Position numbers and translations under genes: made by a program. 64,000 bases of DNA from Candidatus Limnocylindria bacterium. Its GTDB lineage: Bacteria; Chloroflexota; Limnocylindria; Limnocylindrales; CSP1-4. The DNA lies in the NCBI GenBank assembly GCA_035514295.1, contig DATKBB010000012.1, positions 21,385-85,384 of the forward strand, given 5' to 3'. Below the pieces are notes generated by a model. That model had not been told where the DNA came from. It did no database searches and saw only the letters and a list, made by a program, of their open reading frames with translations. This document shows positions 39,492-48,646 of the stretch, one piece after another (position 1 is the stretch's first letter; every line of letters begins with the position of its first letter).

Positions 39492-40319
39492 TCAGCGAAC
39501 CTCGATCGTGCTGATCATGAGCTCGATGTCGTCGAGCATCGGGCGAAGCGTGCCACTCGAGCCCCAGGCGTCGATGACCACGCCGGTACCATCGATCACG
39601 AAGGCGGTCAGCTGGCCTTCGACCTGGCCGATCGCGTCGGCGCCCGTACCGAAGACACCCGTGTACCCACCGCGCGCGCCGGGGATGCCCGGTCCCACCT
39701 GGATGAGTGCCGGCTGGGTTGCCCCGAAGCCGCTCGCGAAGGGGGCCAGGGCCTCCCTCACGAAAGTGTTGTACAGCTCTGTCGCGTCGCCCTGGAAGGA
39801 GTTGAGCTGGAAGTCGACGGCCACATTGCCGCGCACCAGGCGCGGGCCTATCGGTCCGTCGATCGCCTGCCAGCCGGAGGCGAGGCTGATGCGCAGAGGG
39901 CCAATGTCGACGGCCCCGCCCGGCTGCGGCTGAGGGCCCGGACCGACGCCGCGTGGGGCAGGCAGCACCGCGTTGACGAGCTGGGCACCGAAGAAGACTG
40001 CCAGGATGATGCCGGCCACGATGATCGTTGGGCGCACACCAGCCGGATCGAAGCGAGCCAGTAGCGACCGCGCGTGCGTGCCCAGCATGTCGACGGGCGG
40101 TGGCTGCGGCGGCCCGCTGCCGGCTGGCGGCGAAGGCTGGCCGGTCGGCGACTGCGCGGGATAGCCCGGCGGTGGCTGAGGCGTATAGCCGGACGACGCC
40201 GCCGGCTGCGCGGGCATTGGCGGAGGCGGCGCCTGGGCGTCGGCCGGGGCTGGAGGCGCAGGCTCGCTAAGAGGGGTCTGCTGGGGCTCGGGCGGAACTT
40301 CCGGTCGCTCGCCTGTCAT
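39492..40319 (-). CDS. Pro-rich membrane-anchored hypothetical protein
   Basis: Pro/Gln-rich N-terminus, single TM (PTIIVAGIILAVFFGAQLV), and an extracytoplasmic beta-rich domain. Stop lies 3 nt upstream of the prsW start. Confidence 0.5.
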   Translation of the reverse strand: MTGERPEVPPEPQQTPLSEPAPPAPADAQAPPPPMPAQPAASSGYTPQPPPGYPAQSPTGQPSPPAGSGPPQPPPVDMLGTHARSLLARFDPAGVRPTIIVAGIILAVFFGAQLVNAVLPAPRGVGPGPQPQPGGAVDIGPLRISLASGWQAIDGPIGPRLVRGNVAVDFQLNSFQGDATELYNTFVREALAPFASGFGATQPALIQVGPGIPGARGGYTGVFGTGADAIGQVEGQLTAFVIDGTGVVIDAWGSSGTLRPMLDDIELMISTIEVR

Positions 40320-40393
40320 CGCGGCGGGAAGGGTACAGCAACCGCTATGGTCCAGGAGACCTTGTTACGCAGCGTCTGCCGCGCGCCCTCAGC

Positions 40394-40579
40394 TCAGCGG
40401 CGCGGGCCCCGTACCGCCAGCAGGTGAGCGTTCCAGTCGTCCGGTGAGCTGACCTTGTTGGGCGCGCTGCCGGTCCAGCCGCAGACACAGGTGACGGTGT
40501 GCTCGCGGACCTTGTACTCGGCGATGACGTGCTTGAGCGGTTCGTCGGCCGTAGCGGCCTTGGCACGGGGAAGGTTCAT
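40394..40579 (-). CDS. small hypothetical protein (61 aa) with CVCGW motif
   Basis: High GC3 (about 85%) in this frame from ATG 40579. The ORF-track upstream extension is not supported. Confidence 0.4.
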   Translation of the reverse strand: MNLPRAKAATADEPLKHVIAEYKVREHTVTCVCGWTGSAPNKVSSPDDWNAHLLAVRGPRR

Positions 40580-40766
40580 CGAGCGAACCGGGTGACGGTG
40601 GGCATCCGACCTAACCTCTCGCTGAGCATCCATGCCCGCGCTGGCTCGCTCTGGGGACCGCGAATCGGCCCGGAGCATGTGCGGAACTGGGGTCTATTTA
40701 GGGTACCACGCGGCGCGCTCGGATGCCCCAGCCACGGCCGGCCGCGGGTGATGTAACAATCAGCAC

Positions 40767-41459
40767 GTGCCACGCTACCGCCGCCCGCGACGCCAGGGTG
40801 TCGTGTACGGCCCCGTGACCCAGCGCGAGCGCGGCCCGGATGGCGGCTTCATCGGGCGCGTGCTGGGCTTGTTCATCGTGCTGGCTGCCGTCGCCGTGCT
40901 GGGTGTGGGCGCGCTGAACTTTGTCGGCGGAGACGATGCGAGCCCCCGACCGCGCAGCCCATCGCCCGTCGCCGGCGCCTCGGCCAGCCCGCTACCCGCC
41001 CTATCTCCGACACTCCCGGCTAGTCCCACAGCCAGCCCCCTGCCGCCGGCCAGCCCCAGCCCCAGCCCCGAGCCCTCGCCCGAGGCCACGCCATTCGAGG
41101 TGGAAGTGCTGGAGGGGCCCGGCTACATCACCTTCGGGACGCAGTCGACGTCGAATCTGCGCATTGCCAACCCGCGGGTCACATTTGCGCTGAACGAGCG
41201 CATGACGCTGAGCGCCCAGCTGAGCGAGCCGGCTGCCTCGGCCGATATGACGATCCTGATCTCCAAGCTCGACCCTGAGACAGGCGAAGAGGAGGAGGTC
41301 GCGGAGCAGGCCGTGCGACCCGACGTGAGCAGCGCCTCAGTCTTCCTGCGCAACCTGCGCCCGGACCGCGCCTTGGACGGTACAGGCATCTATGTCATGC
41401 GCTACGTGCGCGGAGACGAGGTTCTATCCGAGGGTTGGTTCGAGGTGACCGAGCCCTAG
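40767..41459 (+). CDS. membrane-anchored protein with Pro/Ser-rich linker and C-terminal beta domain
   Basis: Single TM after a basic N-terminus, a PS-rich spacer (ASPLPPASPSPSPEPSPE), and a C-terminal domain. GTG start. Confidence 0.5.
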   Translation: MPRYRRPRRQGVVYGPVTQRERGPDGGFIGRVLGLFIVLAAVAVLGVGALNFVGGDDASPRPRSPSPVAGASASPLPALSPTLPASPTASPLPPASPSPSPEPSPEATPFEVEVLEGPGYITFGTQSTSNLRIANPRVTFALNERMTLSAQLSEPAASADMTILISKLDPETGEEEEVAEQAVRPDVSSASVFLRNLRPDRALDGTGIYVMRYVRGDEVLSEGWFEVTEP

Positions 41460-41474
41460 ACCGGCCTGCCCCGT

Positions 41475-43553
41475 TCAGACGAACAGCGGGCCGAAGATCA
41501 GCGCGACGACCGCCATCAACTTGAGCAGGATGTTGATCGACGGGCCGGAGGTGTCCTTGAACGGATCGCCGATCGTGTCGCCCACGACTGCCGCGGCGTG
41601 GGCGTCGGAGCCCTTGCCACCATGGTGACCCTTCTCGATCCACTTCTTGGCGTTGTCCCACGCGCCGCCGGCGTTGGCCATGAACGTAGCCAGCAGGAAC
41701 CCTGTCGTGATCGAACCAACCAGCAGGCCACCCAGCGCCTCGGCCCCGAGCACCACGCCCACGACGACTGGAGCGGATACGGCGATCGCCCCCGGCAGCA
41801 ACATTGCCCGCAGGGCGCCGCGCGTGCTGATGTCGACCGCCCTCGCAGCATCCGGCTCGACGCCCGGCAGACCCTCCAGCAGGCCGGGGATCTCACGGAA
41901 CTGGCGACGCACCTCCTCGATCATGGCATTGGCCGCCTGGCCAACGGCGTGCATGGTCAGCGACGAGAAGAGGAAGGCGAGCATGCCGCCCAGGGCCAGC
42001 CCGATCAGGATGCGCGCGTCGGTCAGCTGCAGGACGTCCACCTCGGCCACCTGCGTGTAGGCCGCCATCAGGGCCAGCGCGGTGAGCACGGCCGAACCGA
42101 TGGCGAAACCCTTGCCCGTCGCGGCGGTGGTGTTTCCCAGCGCGTCCAAAGCGTCTGTCCGCTCGCGCACCTCGGGCGCCAGGCCGGCCTGCTGGGCCAG
42201 CCCGCCTGCGTTGTCGGCCACCGGACCGTAGGCGTCCGTGGCCAGCGTGATGCCCAGCGTAGATAGCATGCCCACGGCGGCCAGTGCCACGCCGTACAGG
42301 CCGGCCAGCTCGTTGGCCAGCCAGATGCCGGTCACCACGGCCAGCACCGGCACAACCACGCTGCCCAGGCCGACGGCCACGCCGGCGATGGTCGTGGAGG
42401 CCGGGCCGGTCACGCTCTGAGCAGAGATCCAGCGCGTGGGCGGGTACTCGTAGGAGGTGAAGAACTCGGTGGCCGTGCCGATCACCTGGCCCACGACCAG
42501 GCCCACCAGCACGACCCACAGGAGGGCCAGCGGCAAGTCCAGCAGCAGCACGATGGCGGCCGTGCCGGCCAGAGCCAGCCCCGCCGCACCGAAGATGCCC
42601 GCGCGCAGGGCCCACAACAGGCGCGACATGTCGGGCTGCTCGCCGGTCCGCACGAAGAGCGTGGCCACGGCCGAGGCGACGATGCCCACGCCGCAGATGG
42701 CCATGGGCAGCACCACCAGGCCGAGTTGCTGAGCACCGGCAGTCAGGCCCAGGAAGGCCGCGCCGGCGGCGGTCAGGGCGAGCGCCGCGATCATGGCGCC
42801 CACGTAGGACTCGAACAGGTCGGCGCCCATGCCCGCCACGTCGCCCACGTTGTCGCCCACGTTGTCGGCGATGGTCGCCGGGTTTCGTGGGTCGTCCTCG
42901 GGGATGCCCGCCTCGACCTTGCCGACAAGGTCCGCGCCAACATCGGCGGCCTTGGTATAGATGCCTCCACCTACGCGCGCGAAGAGGGCGATCGAGCTGG
43001 CGCCGAAGCCGAAGCCGGCCACCACGTTGGGGTCTTCGAACAGCAGCCACAGCGCGACGATGCCCAGCAGGCCCACGCCCACGACGGTCAGGCCCATCAC
43101 CGTGCCGGTATTGAAGGCCACGCGCAGCGCCTCGTTGAGCCCCTGCTGGGCGGCCGTGGCGGTGCGCGTGTTGCCCCGCACGGCAATGCTCATGCCCACC
43201 AGGCCGGCCAGCCCCGAGCCCAGCGCGCCAGCGACGTAGGCCAGTGCGGTCCACGGACCCACACCCACCGCAGCTTGCAGTGGCGCGTTCAACTCGGCGA
43301 TGCGGTCATGGCCGAGCAGGTTGTAGTCGATCAGCACTGCGACCAGCACGGCCACCACCGCCACGAAGACGGATAGGATCGAGTACTCGGCGCGCAGGAA
43401 GGCCATCGCGCCTTCGCGGATGAGCCGGCCGGTCGAGCGCACCAGTTCGTTGCCTTCGCTGTGCGCCAGCACGTTGCGGGCAATGAGCGCCGCGGTCAGC
43501 AGCGCGAAGAGCGCAGCCCCCGCGGCGAACAGCAGGAAAAGGGCAGGGTCCAT
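41475..43553 (-). CDS. hppA: membrane-bound proton/sodium-translocating pyrophosphatase
   Basis: 692 aa and 15-16 TM. Conserved ...GDTIGDPFKDTSGPSINILLKLM... and DNVGDNVGD pyrophosphatase motifs. Confidence 0.9.
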   Translation of the reverse strand: MDPALFLLFAAGAALFALLTAALIARNVLAHSEGNELVRSTGRLIREGAMAFLRAEYSILSVFVAVVAVLVAVLIDYNLLGHDRIAELNAPLQAAVGVGPWTALAYVAGALGSGLAGLVGMSIAVRGNTRTATAAQQGLNEALRVAFNTGTVMGLTVVGVGLLGIVALWLLFEDPNVVAGFGFGASSIALFARVGGGIYTKAADVGADLVGKVEAGIPEDDPRNPATIADNVGDNVGDVAGMGADLFESYVGAMIAALALTAAGAAFLGLTAGAQQLGLVVLPMAICGVGIVASAVATLFVRTGEQPDMSRLLWALRAGIFGAAGLALAGTAAIVLLLDLPLALLWVVLVGLVVGQVIGTATEFFTSYEYPPTRWISAQSVTGPASTTIAGVAVGLGSVVVPVLAVVTGIWLANELAGLYGVALAAVGMLSTLGITLATDAYGPVADNAGGLAQQAGLAPEVRERTDALDALGNTTAATGKGFAIGSAVLTALALMAAYTQVAEVDVLQLTDARILIGLALGGMLAFLFSSLTMHAVGQAANAMIEEVRRQFREIPGLLEGLPGVEPDAARAVDISTRGALRAMLLPGAIAVSAPVVVGVVLGAEALGGLLVGSITTGFLLATFMANAGGAWDNAKKWIEKGHHGGKGSDAHAAAVVGDTIGDPFKDTSGPSINILLKLMAVVALIFGPLFV

Positions 43554-43583
43554 TGGGCCTCTGAGGCGGTGGTCTGGGCCCGA

Positions 43584-44027
43584 CTAGGGTACTGCACGCG
43601 GGCGGCGGACCTCGACTTCGCCATTCGGATCAACGTCGAGGAGGTCCCCGCTGCGCAGCCCGGCGTAGTCCGAGGGGTTCAACTCCACCACCGGACAGCT
43701 GCGCCCGTCGAGCAGGCGCACCACCAGGGCGCCCAGCGCCACGATGCCTTCGGCGCGCGCCAGGATGATCGCCGCCGGCCCGCGGCCAGATCGGATTGCC
43801 TCGGCCAGCACGCTGCTCGACGAGCTCGAGCCGCGGGCGCCGGGCATGACCAGCACCCGACCGGCTGTGCCCTGCCCGTGCTGCGGGTGACGCTCGTCGA
43901 CGATCACGCCGCTGGCCGGCTCCAGTCCGCCCCAGAAGCTGAGCGGCTCGTCCAGCACGAGGGCCACTCCCCCGGCGCGGCCCGCCACCAGCGCCCGGCC
44001 GCGCAGCCGGCGCGGGCGCTCAGCCAT
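43584..44027 (-). CDS. aconitase X swivel-domain protein (AcnX small subunit, DUF126)
   Basis: About 147 aa: ...PLSFWGGLEPASGVIVDERHPQHGQ...VLVMPGARGSSSSS... swivel-domain signature. Start overlaps the large-subunit stop by 8 nt. Confidence 0.75.
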   Translation of the reverse strand: MAERPRRLRGRALVAGRAGGVALVLDEPLSFWGGLEPASGVIVDERHPQHGQGTAGRVLVMPGARGSSSSSSVLAEAIRSGRGPAAIILARAEGIVALGALVVRLLDGRSCPVVELNPSDYAGLRSGDLLDVDPNGEVEVRRPRAVP

Positions 44028-45306
44028 CAAGCCAGGCCGGCGGTCGCCGCAGCACGCGGCCGTGTGCGGCCGAGCGCAGGCAGTCCTCGAGCGTGCCGAA
44101 GGCGACGCGCAACCCCAGGTTGGCCGGCGTATACCATGCCCACTTGGCCGAGTTGGTCATCACCGTCGCTCCCGGAGGGGCGGTGATGATCGGCGTGATG
44201 TAGGTGCAAGTGTCGACGACCAGTTGGACGCCGGGGCGGTGCAGGGTGGCGGCCTGCCCGCGCGCCTCGATGTCGGCCGCCACGTGCCGCGCCGTGGAGA
44301 CGTACAGCGTCAGGCCGGGGGCGATGTCGGTCGCCTCGAGCAGGGGCTGGAGTCGCTGCCACTCAGCCAGCGAAAGGTGCGGCGTGCCGAGGCTGACGGC
44401 GGCCAGCGGCTGCCCGTCGACGGCGTTCGACAGTTCCTGCCACGCCGCCCGCAGCAGTCCGGGCCCGATCTCCAGCTCGGCCTGTGAGCCGTCCGCGGCC
44501 AGGCACGCTTCGAGCGTGGGCGCCTCGGGCGTCACGCCCACGACGTGGCACAGGGCGACGGAGCCGGAGGAGGCCGCCGCCGCGCCCAACGCCTTCAGTT
44601 GGTCTTCGGTCGTGGAGGTGGGCAGCCCGACGACGGCCGGCACCCGATCCCCGGCCAGCCGGCCCAGCGCGTGGCCGAGCAGGGCGTACGCCTCGTCATG
44701 CACCCACGCCTCGGGAGCCACCCCCATCAGGCGCACGATCAGGCGAGCGCCCCGTTCGTCGTTGCGGTGAAGGCCGGCGAAGGGCACCCGGCCGGTGAGC
44801 GCGGCACAGATGTCGATGAAGTCGCCGTAGCGCTCCGTGCGTGCACCAAGCACGGAGTTGGCGAAGACGATCGCGTTCGACTCGGCCCAGGCGACGTGCT
44901 CGCCGAAGGCGGGCCGCTCGGGCAGCTGGTACGGAGCGCAGGTCCACGTTGGTCGGCAGCCCATCGCCTCGTAGGCCGCCATCAGGCGGCGGGCGTACTG
45001 GCGGGTGGTCGGCTCCAGACGAACCAGCTCCGGATGCAGCAGATCGAGGGAGGATACGTTCAGGGTGGTGGGCACGCGCACGCGACCGCCCTCGCGTGCC
45101 AGGCGCTCGGCGAAGTCCAGTCCCACGCTGCCGTGGTACAAGCAGCCGTCGATGTGCGCCGAGCGGACGGGCACCAGCCGCGTCGCCCGCGCCACCTTGG
45201 CCATTTCGACGATCAGCTCCATGGCCAGGTGCGCGGCGCCGCCCGCAGCGCCGGCCAGCATCTCGCGCTCCTCCGCGTCGAGAACGAGCTCGGGTGCGTC
45301 CCTCAT
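44020..45306 (-). CDS. aconitase X catalytic-domain protein (AcnX large subunit, DUF521)
   Basis: 428 aa. ...ARATRLVPVRSAHIDGCLYHG... and ...TWTCAPYQL... match the AcnX catalytic subunit. Confidence 0.8.
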   Translation of the reverse strand: MRDAPELVLDAEEREMLAGAAGGAAHLAMELIVEMAKVARATRLVPVRSAHIDGCLYHGSVGLDFAERLAREGGRVRVPTTLNVSSLDLLHPELVRLEPTTRQYARRLMAAYEAMGCRPTWTCAPYQLPERPAFGEHVAWAESNAIVFANSVLGARTERYGDFIDICAALTGRVPFAGLHRNDERGARLIVRLMGVAPEAWVHDEAYALLGHALGRLAGDRVPAVVGLPTSTTEDQLKALGAAAASSGSVALCHVVGVTPEAPTLEACLAADGSQAELEIGPGLLRAAWQELSNAVDGQPLAAVSLGTPHLSLAEWQRLQPLLEATDIAPGLTLYVSTARHVAADIEARGQAATLHRPGVQLVVDTCTYITPIITAPPGATVMTNSAKWAWYTPANLGLRVAFGTLEDCLRSAAHGRVLRRPPAWLDG

Positions 45307-45374
45307 CCGGCTATGGTGGCACCGCTATGCTGAGCCGCACACGTCGCCAGTCGCCTGATGGGGATGCTCTGCTC

Positions 45375-45971
45375 ATGCGGTTCCGATCTGCGCTCACCTC
45401 CGTCGGCGGGCTGCTGGCGCTGGCCATGCTGGCTGCCTGCAGCGAGGCCGCGGCGCCCACGCTGCGGCCCAGTCCGTCGCCGACGGCCAGCCTGCCGCCG
45501 GCCACCAGCGCCCCAACACTGCGTGCCACGCCGCGTCCCACGCCTCCACCCTGGCCGCAGGGCTGGGACGAGGCCTTCTGCACTGCCTTCGGCGAGCTGA
45601 CCGTCGCCCAGGAGCTGGTCGTCGACATCCCCCGCGCGCTGGCCGACGAGGCTCCCGAGGATGCCTTGCTGCTTGCCCGCGAGTTGCGCACCGCGGCCAC
45701 GGAGGGGCGCGAACTCGTTACCGGCGTACCGGAGTGGGAAGAGGCGCTGGAGACGCTGACGGCGCTTGATCTGCTGGCCGACATCGGCGGGCGCATCGGG
45801 CGGCAGTACGTCCGTTTCCTCGAGGAGAACCGGCCCGCGGCTCGAGCGCGGGCGGAGGAGTTGAGCGAGGAGATGGGACCGGTCGTCGAGGAGGCCAATG
45901 CCACGCTCGAGCAGCTCGCCAGCCTGGGCCTCGACTGCTCTCCCTACGACCTCCGCCTGGAGTCGCCCTGA
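45375..45971 (+). CDS. lipoprotein of unknown function
   Basis: Lipoprotein signal MRFRSALTSVGGLLALAMLAAC (lipobox LAAC), a Pro/Ser/Thr linker, and a helical domain. Divergent from the AcnX pair. Confidence 0.55.
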   Translation: MRFRSALTSVGGLLALAMLAACSEAAAPTLRPSPSPTASLPPATSAPTLRATPRPTPPPWPQGWDEAFCTAFGELTVAQELVVDIPRALADEAPEDALLLARELRTAATEGRELVTGVPEWEEALETLTALDLLADIGGRIGRQYVRFLEENRPAARARAEELSEEMGPVVEEANATLEQLASLGLDCSPYDLRLESP

Positions 45972-45996
45972 GGCGCCAACCGGGGAGTCAACGGCT

Positions 45997-48642
45997 GTGA
46001 CCGCCTCCACCGTCACCAGGGCCACCTTCCTGTTCACCGACATCGAAGGCTCGACCCGGCTGCTGCAGCAGCTGGGCAACGACTATGCGGAGCTGCTGGA
46101 GCGCCACCAACGGCTGCTCTCTGAGGCGATGCTCGAGGCGGGCGGCCGAGTCTTCGGCTCTGAGGGCGATGCGCTCTTCGCTTCGTTCCCCGAGCCGTCA
46201 GCCGCCGTCGCGGCGGCGGCGGCCGCGCAGCGGGCGCTTGCCGCGCAGCGCTGGCCGGCTGGCGTGGAGCTGCGCGTGCGGATGGGCATCCACACCGGCG
46301 AGGCGATCGTGACCGGCGACAACTACGTCGGCCTGCCTCTCCACCAGGTGGCCCGCATCACCAACGCCGGCCACGGCGGCATGGTGCTCGTCTCGCAGGC
46401 CACGCGCCAGGCGGCCGGCACCCTGCCGGCAGGGCTGGAGCTGCGCGACCTGGGGGAGCGGCGGCTGAAGGACCTGGCCATGCCGGAGCGGCTGTACCAG
46501 TTGATCGGCGAGGGCCTGGCCACAGAGTTCCCGCCATTGCGGACGCTCGACGCGCGGCCCAACAATCTGCCCTTCCAGCTGACCAGCTTTGTGGGCCGCG
46601 AGGAGCTGGCCGCCGCCCGCGCCGCGCTGGCCGAGACACGGCTGCTGACCCTGAGCGGACCGGGCGGCACGGGCAAGACGCGGCTGGCCCTCCAGCTGGC
46701 CGCCGACGTGATCGATGAGTTCCCCGACGGGGTGTACTTCGTCGCGCTGGAGGCGCTGCGCGATGCGGAGCTCGTCGCGCCCGCGATCAGCGCCGCGCTG
46801 GGCCTGACCGACGCGGGCAGCCGGCCCCCGCAGGACCACCTGGCCGAGCACCTGCGCGAGCGGCGAGTCCTGCTGCTGCTGGACAACCTCGAACAGGTCG
46901 TCGAGGCGGGAGCGGTCGTTACCGAGCTGCTCCGTCGCGCGCCAGAGCTGAAGGTGGTCGTGACCAGCCGGGTCGTGCTGCGCGTCTACGGCGAGCACGA
47001 GTTCCCCGTGCCGCCGCTCGGGCTGCCCGGCGGGGAGGACGTCCCCAGCCCCGGCCGGGCCATGTCGGCCGAAGCCGTGCGCCTGTTCGTCGAACGCGCG
47101 CGCGCCATCCAACCCACTTTCATCCTGGACGAAGCCAACGTCGACGCAGTCGTCGAGATCGTGCGCCGGCTGGACGGGCTGCCGCTGGCCATCGAGCTTG
47201 CCGCCGCGCGCGTACGCATCCTGCCCGTGCCTGCTCTGCTCAGCCGGCTGGACAGCCGGCTGGCGACGCTGACCGGCGGTGCGCGGGACCTGCCCGCGCG
47301 ACAGCAGACGCTGCGCGGCGCCATCGACTGGAGCCACGACCTGCTCGACGAGCCCGACCGGTGCCTCTTCGCGCGCCTGGCAGTCTTCGCCGGCGGCGCC
47401 TTCCTGTCCGAGCTGGAAGCCGTCTGCGGGCCGCCGGCAGAACTCGGACAGGAGGTTCTGCAGGGCCTCTCCTCACTGACCGAGAAGAGCCTGCTGCGCA
47501 GCGAGATCAGCGCCGGGGAGGAGCCGCGCTTCACGATGCTGGCCACTCTCCGCGAGTACTCCCTCGAGCGGCTGGAGGAGCGCGGCGAGAGCACGGCTCT
47601 GCGCGAGCGGCATGCGCAGACCTACCTGGCCCTGGTCGAGGCATGCGCCCCGTCGCTGACCGGCGCCCAGGGCCGCCACTGGCTGGACCGTCTGGCGCAC
47701 GACCACGAGAACGTGCGCGACGCGCTCGGCTGGCTGGTGCACGAGAGCCGGACGCAGGAGGCGCTTCGTTTCCTGAGCGCGGCCTGGCGCTACTGGCAGA
47801 TCCGTGGCCACCTGTACGAGGCCCGCGAGCGCGCAGAGCAGGTGCTGGCCATGGCCGCCGTGGCCGAGCAGCCGGCCAGCTTCCAAACCAGGGCCTTTGG
47901 CGCGGCGGGCAGCATCTGTTACTGGCAGGGTGACCACCCAGCGGCGCACGCCCACTACTCCCGTGCGCTCCGCGCAGCCGAGGAGTCGGGCGATGAGGCG
48001 CTCGTGGCGGAGGCCTACTACAACTTCGGCTTCGCGCCGATCGACGCTCCCGCCGACGATTCGGCCGCCCTCTACCGCGCCGGCCGCGAGTGGTTCGAGA
48101 AGAGCTTCGAGCTGTATCGGCGGCTGGGCAACCCGAAGGGTGTGGCCGACAGCAGTTGGGCGTTGTCCATCGCGCGCGCAGCGGACGGAGACCTGGAGGG
48201 AGCCATCCGCTACGTCCGCGAGGCGCTGGAGGCCTACGGGCAACTGGACGACAGGTTCGGGCGTGGCTGGGCGCTGCACATGCTCGCCTCCTACCAGCTC
48301 GCCCTGGATCGGCTCGACGGCGCGCGGCCCTGGCTGCACGAGGGACTGTCGATCTTCAGCGCGGCCGACGACCTGCCGGGCATCCTCGTGCTGCTGTATG
48401 ACTTTGCCCTGCTCGCCTTCAAGTCAGGCGACGAGGAGCGTGCCTGGCGGCTGGCGGGTGCGGCCGACCGGCTGCGACAGTCGACCGGCGCCGGCATCGC
48501 CGACCTATCGGTGGACTTCATCGGCTGGACCATTCCCGCTCGCCCGACCGGCGACAACGAGACACGACGGGCATGGGACGAGGGCGCCTCGATGACCACC
48601 GAGCAGGCCGTCAAGTACGCCCTAGCCGAGGCGGAGAGCTAG
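45997..48642 (+). CDS. class III adenylate/guanylate cyclase - STAND (NB-ARC-like) ATPase - TPR fusion protein
   Basis: CHD motifs FLFTDIEGST / SEGDALFASF / ...VARITN.... Walker A GPGGTGKTRLAL. C-terminal TPR-like repeats and no C-terminal HTH. GGGGAG RBS 9 nt upstream of GTG 45997. Confidence 0.8.
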   Translation: MTASTVTRATFLFTDIEGSTRLLQQLGNDYAELLERHQRLLSEAMLEAGGRVFGSEGDALFASFPEPSAAVAAAAAAQRALAAQRWPAGVELRVRMGIHTGEAIVTGDNYVGLPLHQVARITNAGHGGMVLVSQATRQAAGTLPAGLELRDLGERRLKDLAMPERLYQLIGEGLATEFPPLRTLDARPNNLPFQLTSFVGREELAAARAALAETRLLTLSGPGGTGKTRLALQLAADVIDEFPDGVYFVALEALRDAELVAPAISAALGLTDAGSRPPQDHLAEHLRERRVLLLLDNLEQVVEAGAVVTELLRRAPELKVVVTSRVVLRVYGEHEFPVPPLGLPGGEDVPSPGRAMSAEAVRLFVERARAIQPTFILDEANVDAVVEIVRRLDGLPLAIELAAARVRILPVPALLSRLDSRLATLTGGARDLPARQQTLRGAIDWSHDLLDEPDRCLFARLAVFAGGAFLSELEAVCGPPAELGQEVLQGLSSLTEKSLLRSEISAGEEPRFTMLATLREYSLERLEERGESTALRERHAQTYLALVEACAPSLTGAQGRHWLDRLAHDHENVRDALGWLVHESRTQEALRFLSAAWRYWQIRGHLYEARERAEQVLAMAAVAEQPASFQTRAFGAAGSICYWQGDHPAAHAHYSRALRAAEESGDEALVAEAYYNFGFAPIDAPADDSAALYRAGREWFEKSFELYRRLGNPKGVADSSWALSIARAADGDLEGAIRYVREALEAYGQLDDRFGRGWALHMLASYQLALDRLDGARPWLHEGLSIFSAADDLPGILVLLYDFALLAFKSGDEERAWRLAGAADRLRQSTGAGIADLSVDFIGWTIPARPTGDNETRRAWDEGASMTTEQAVKYALAEAES

Positions 48643-48646
48643 ACCA

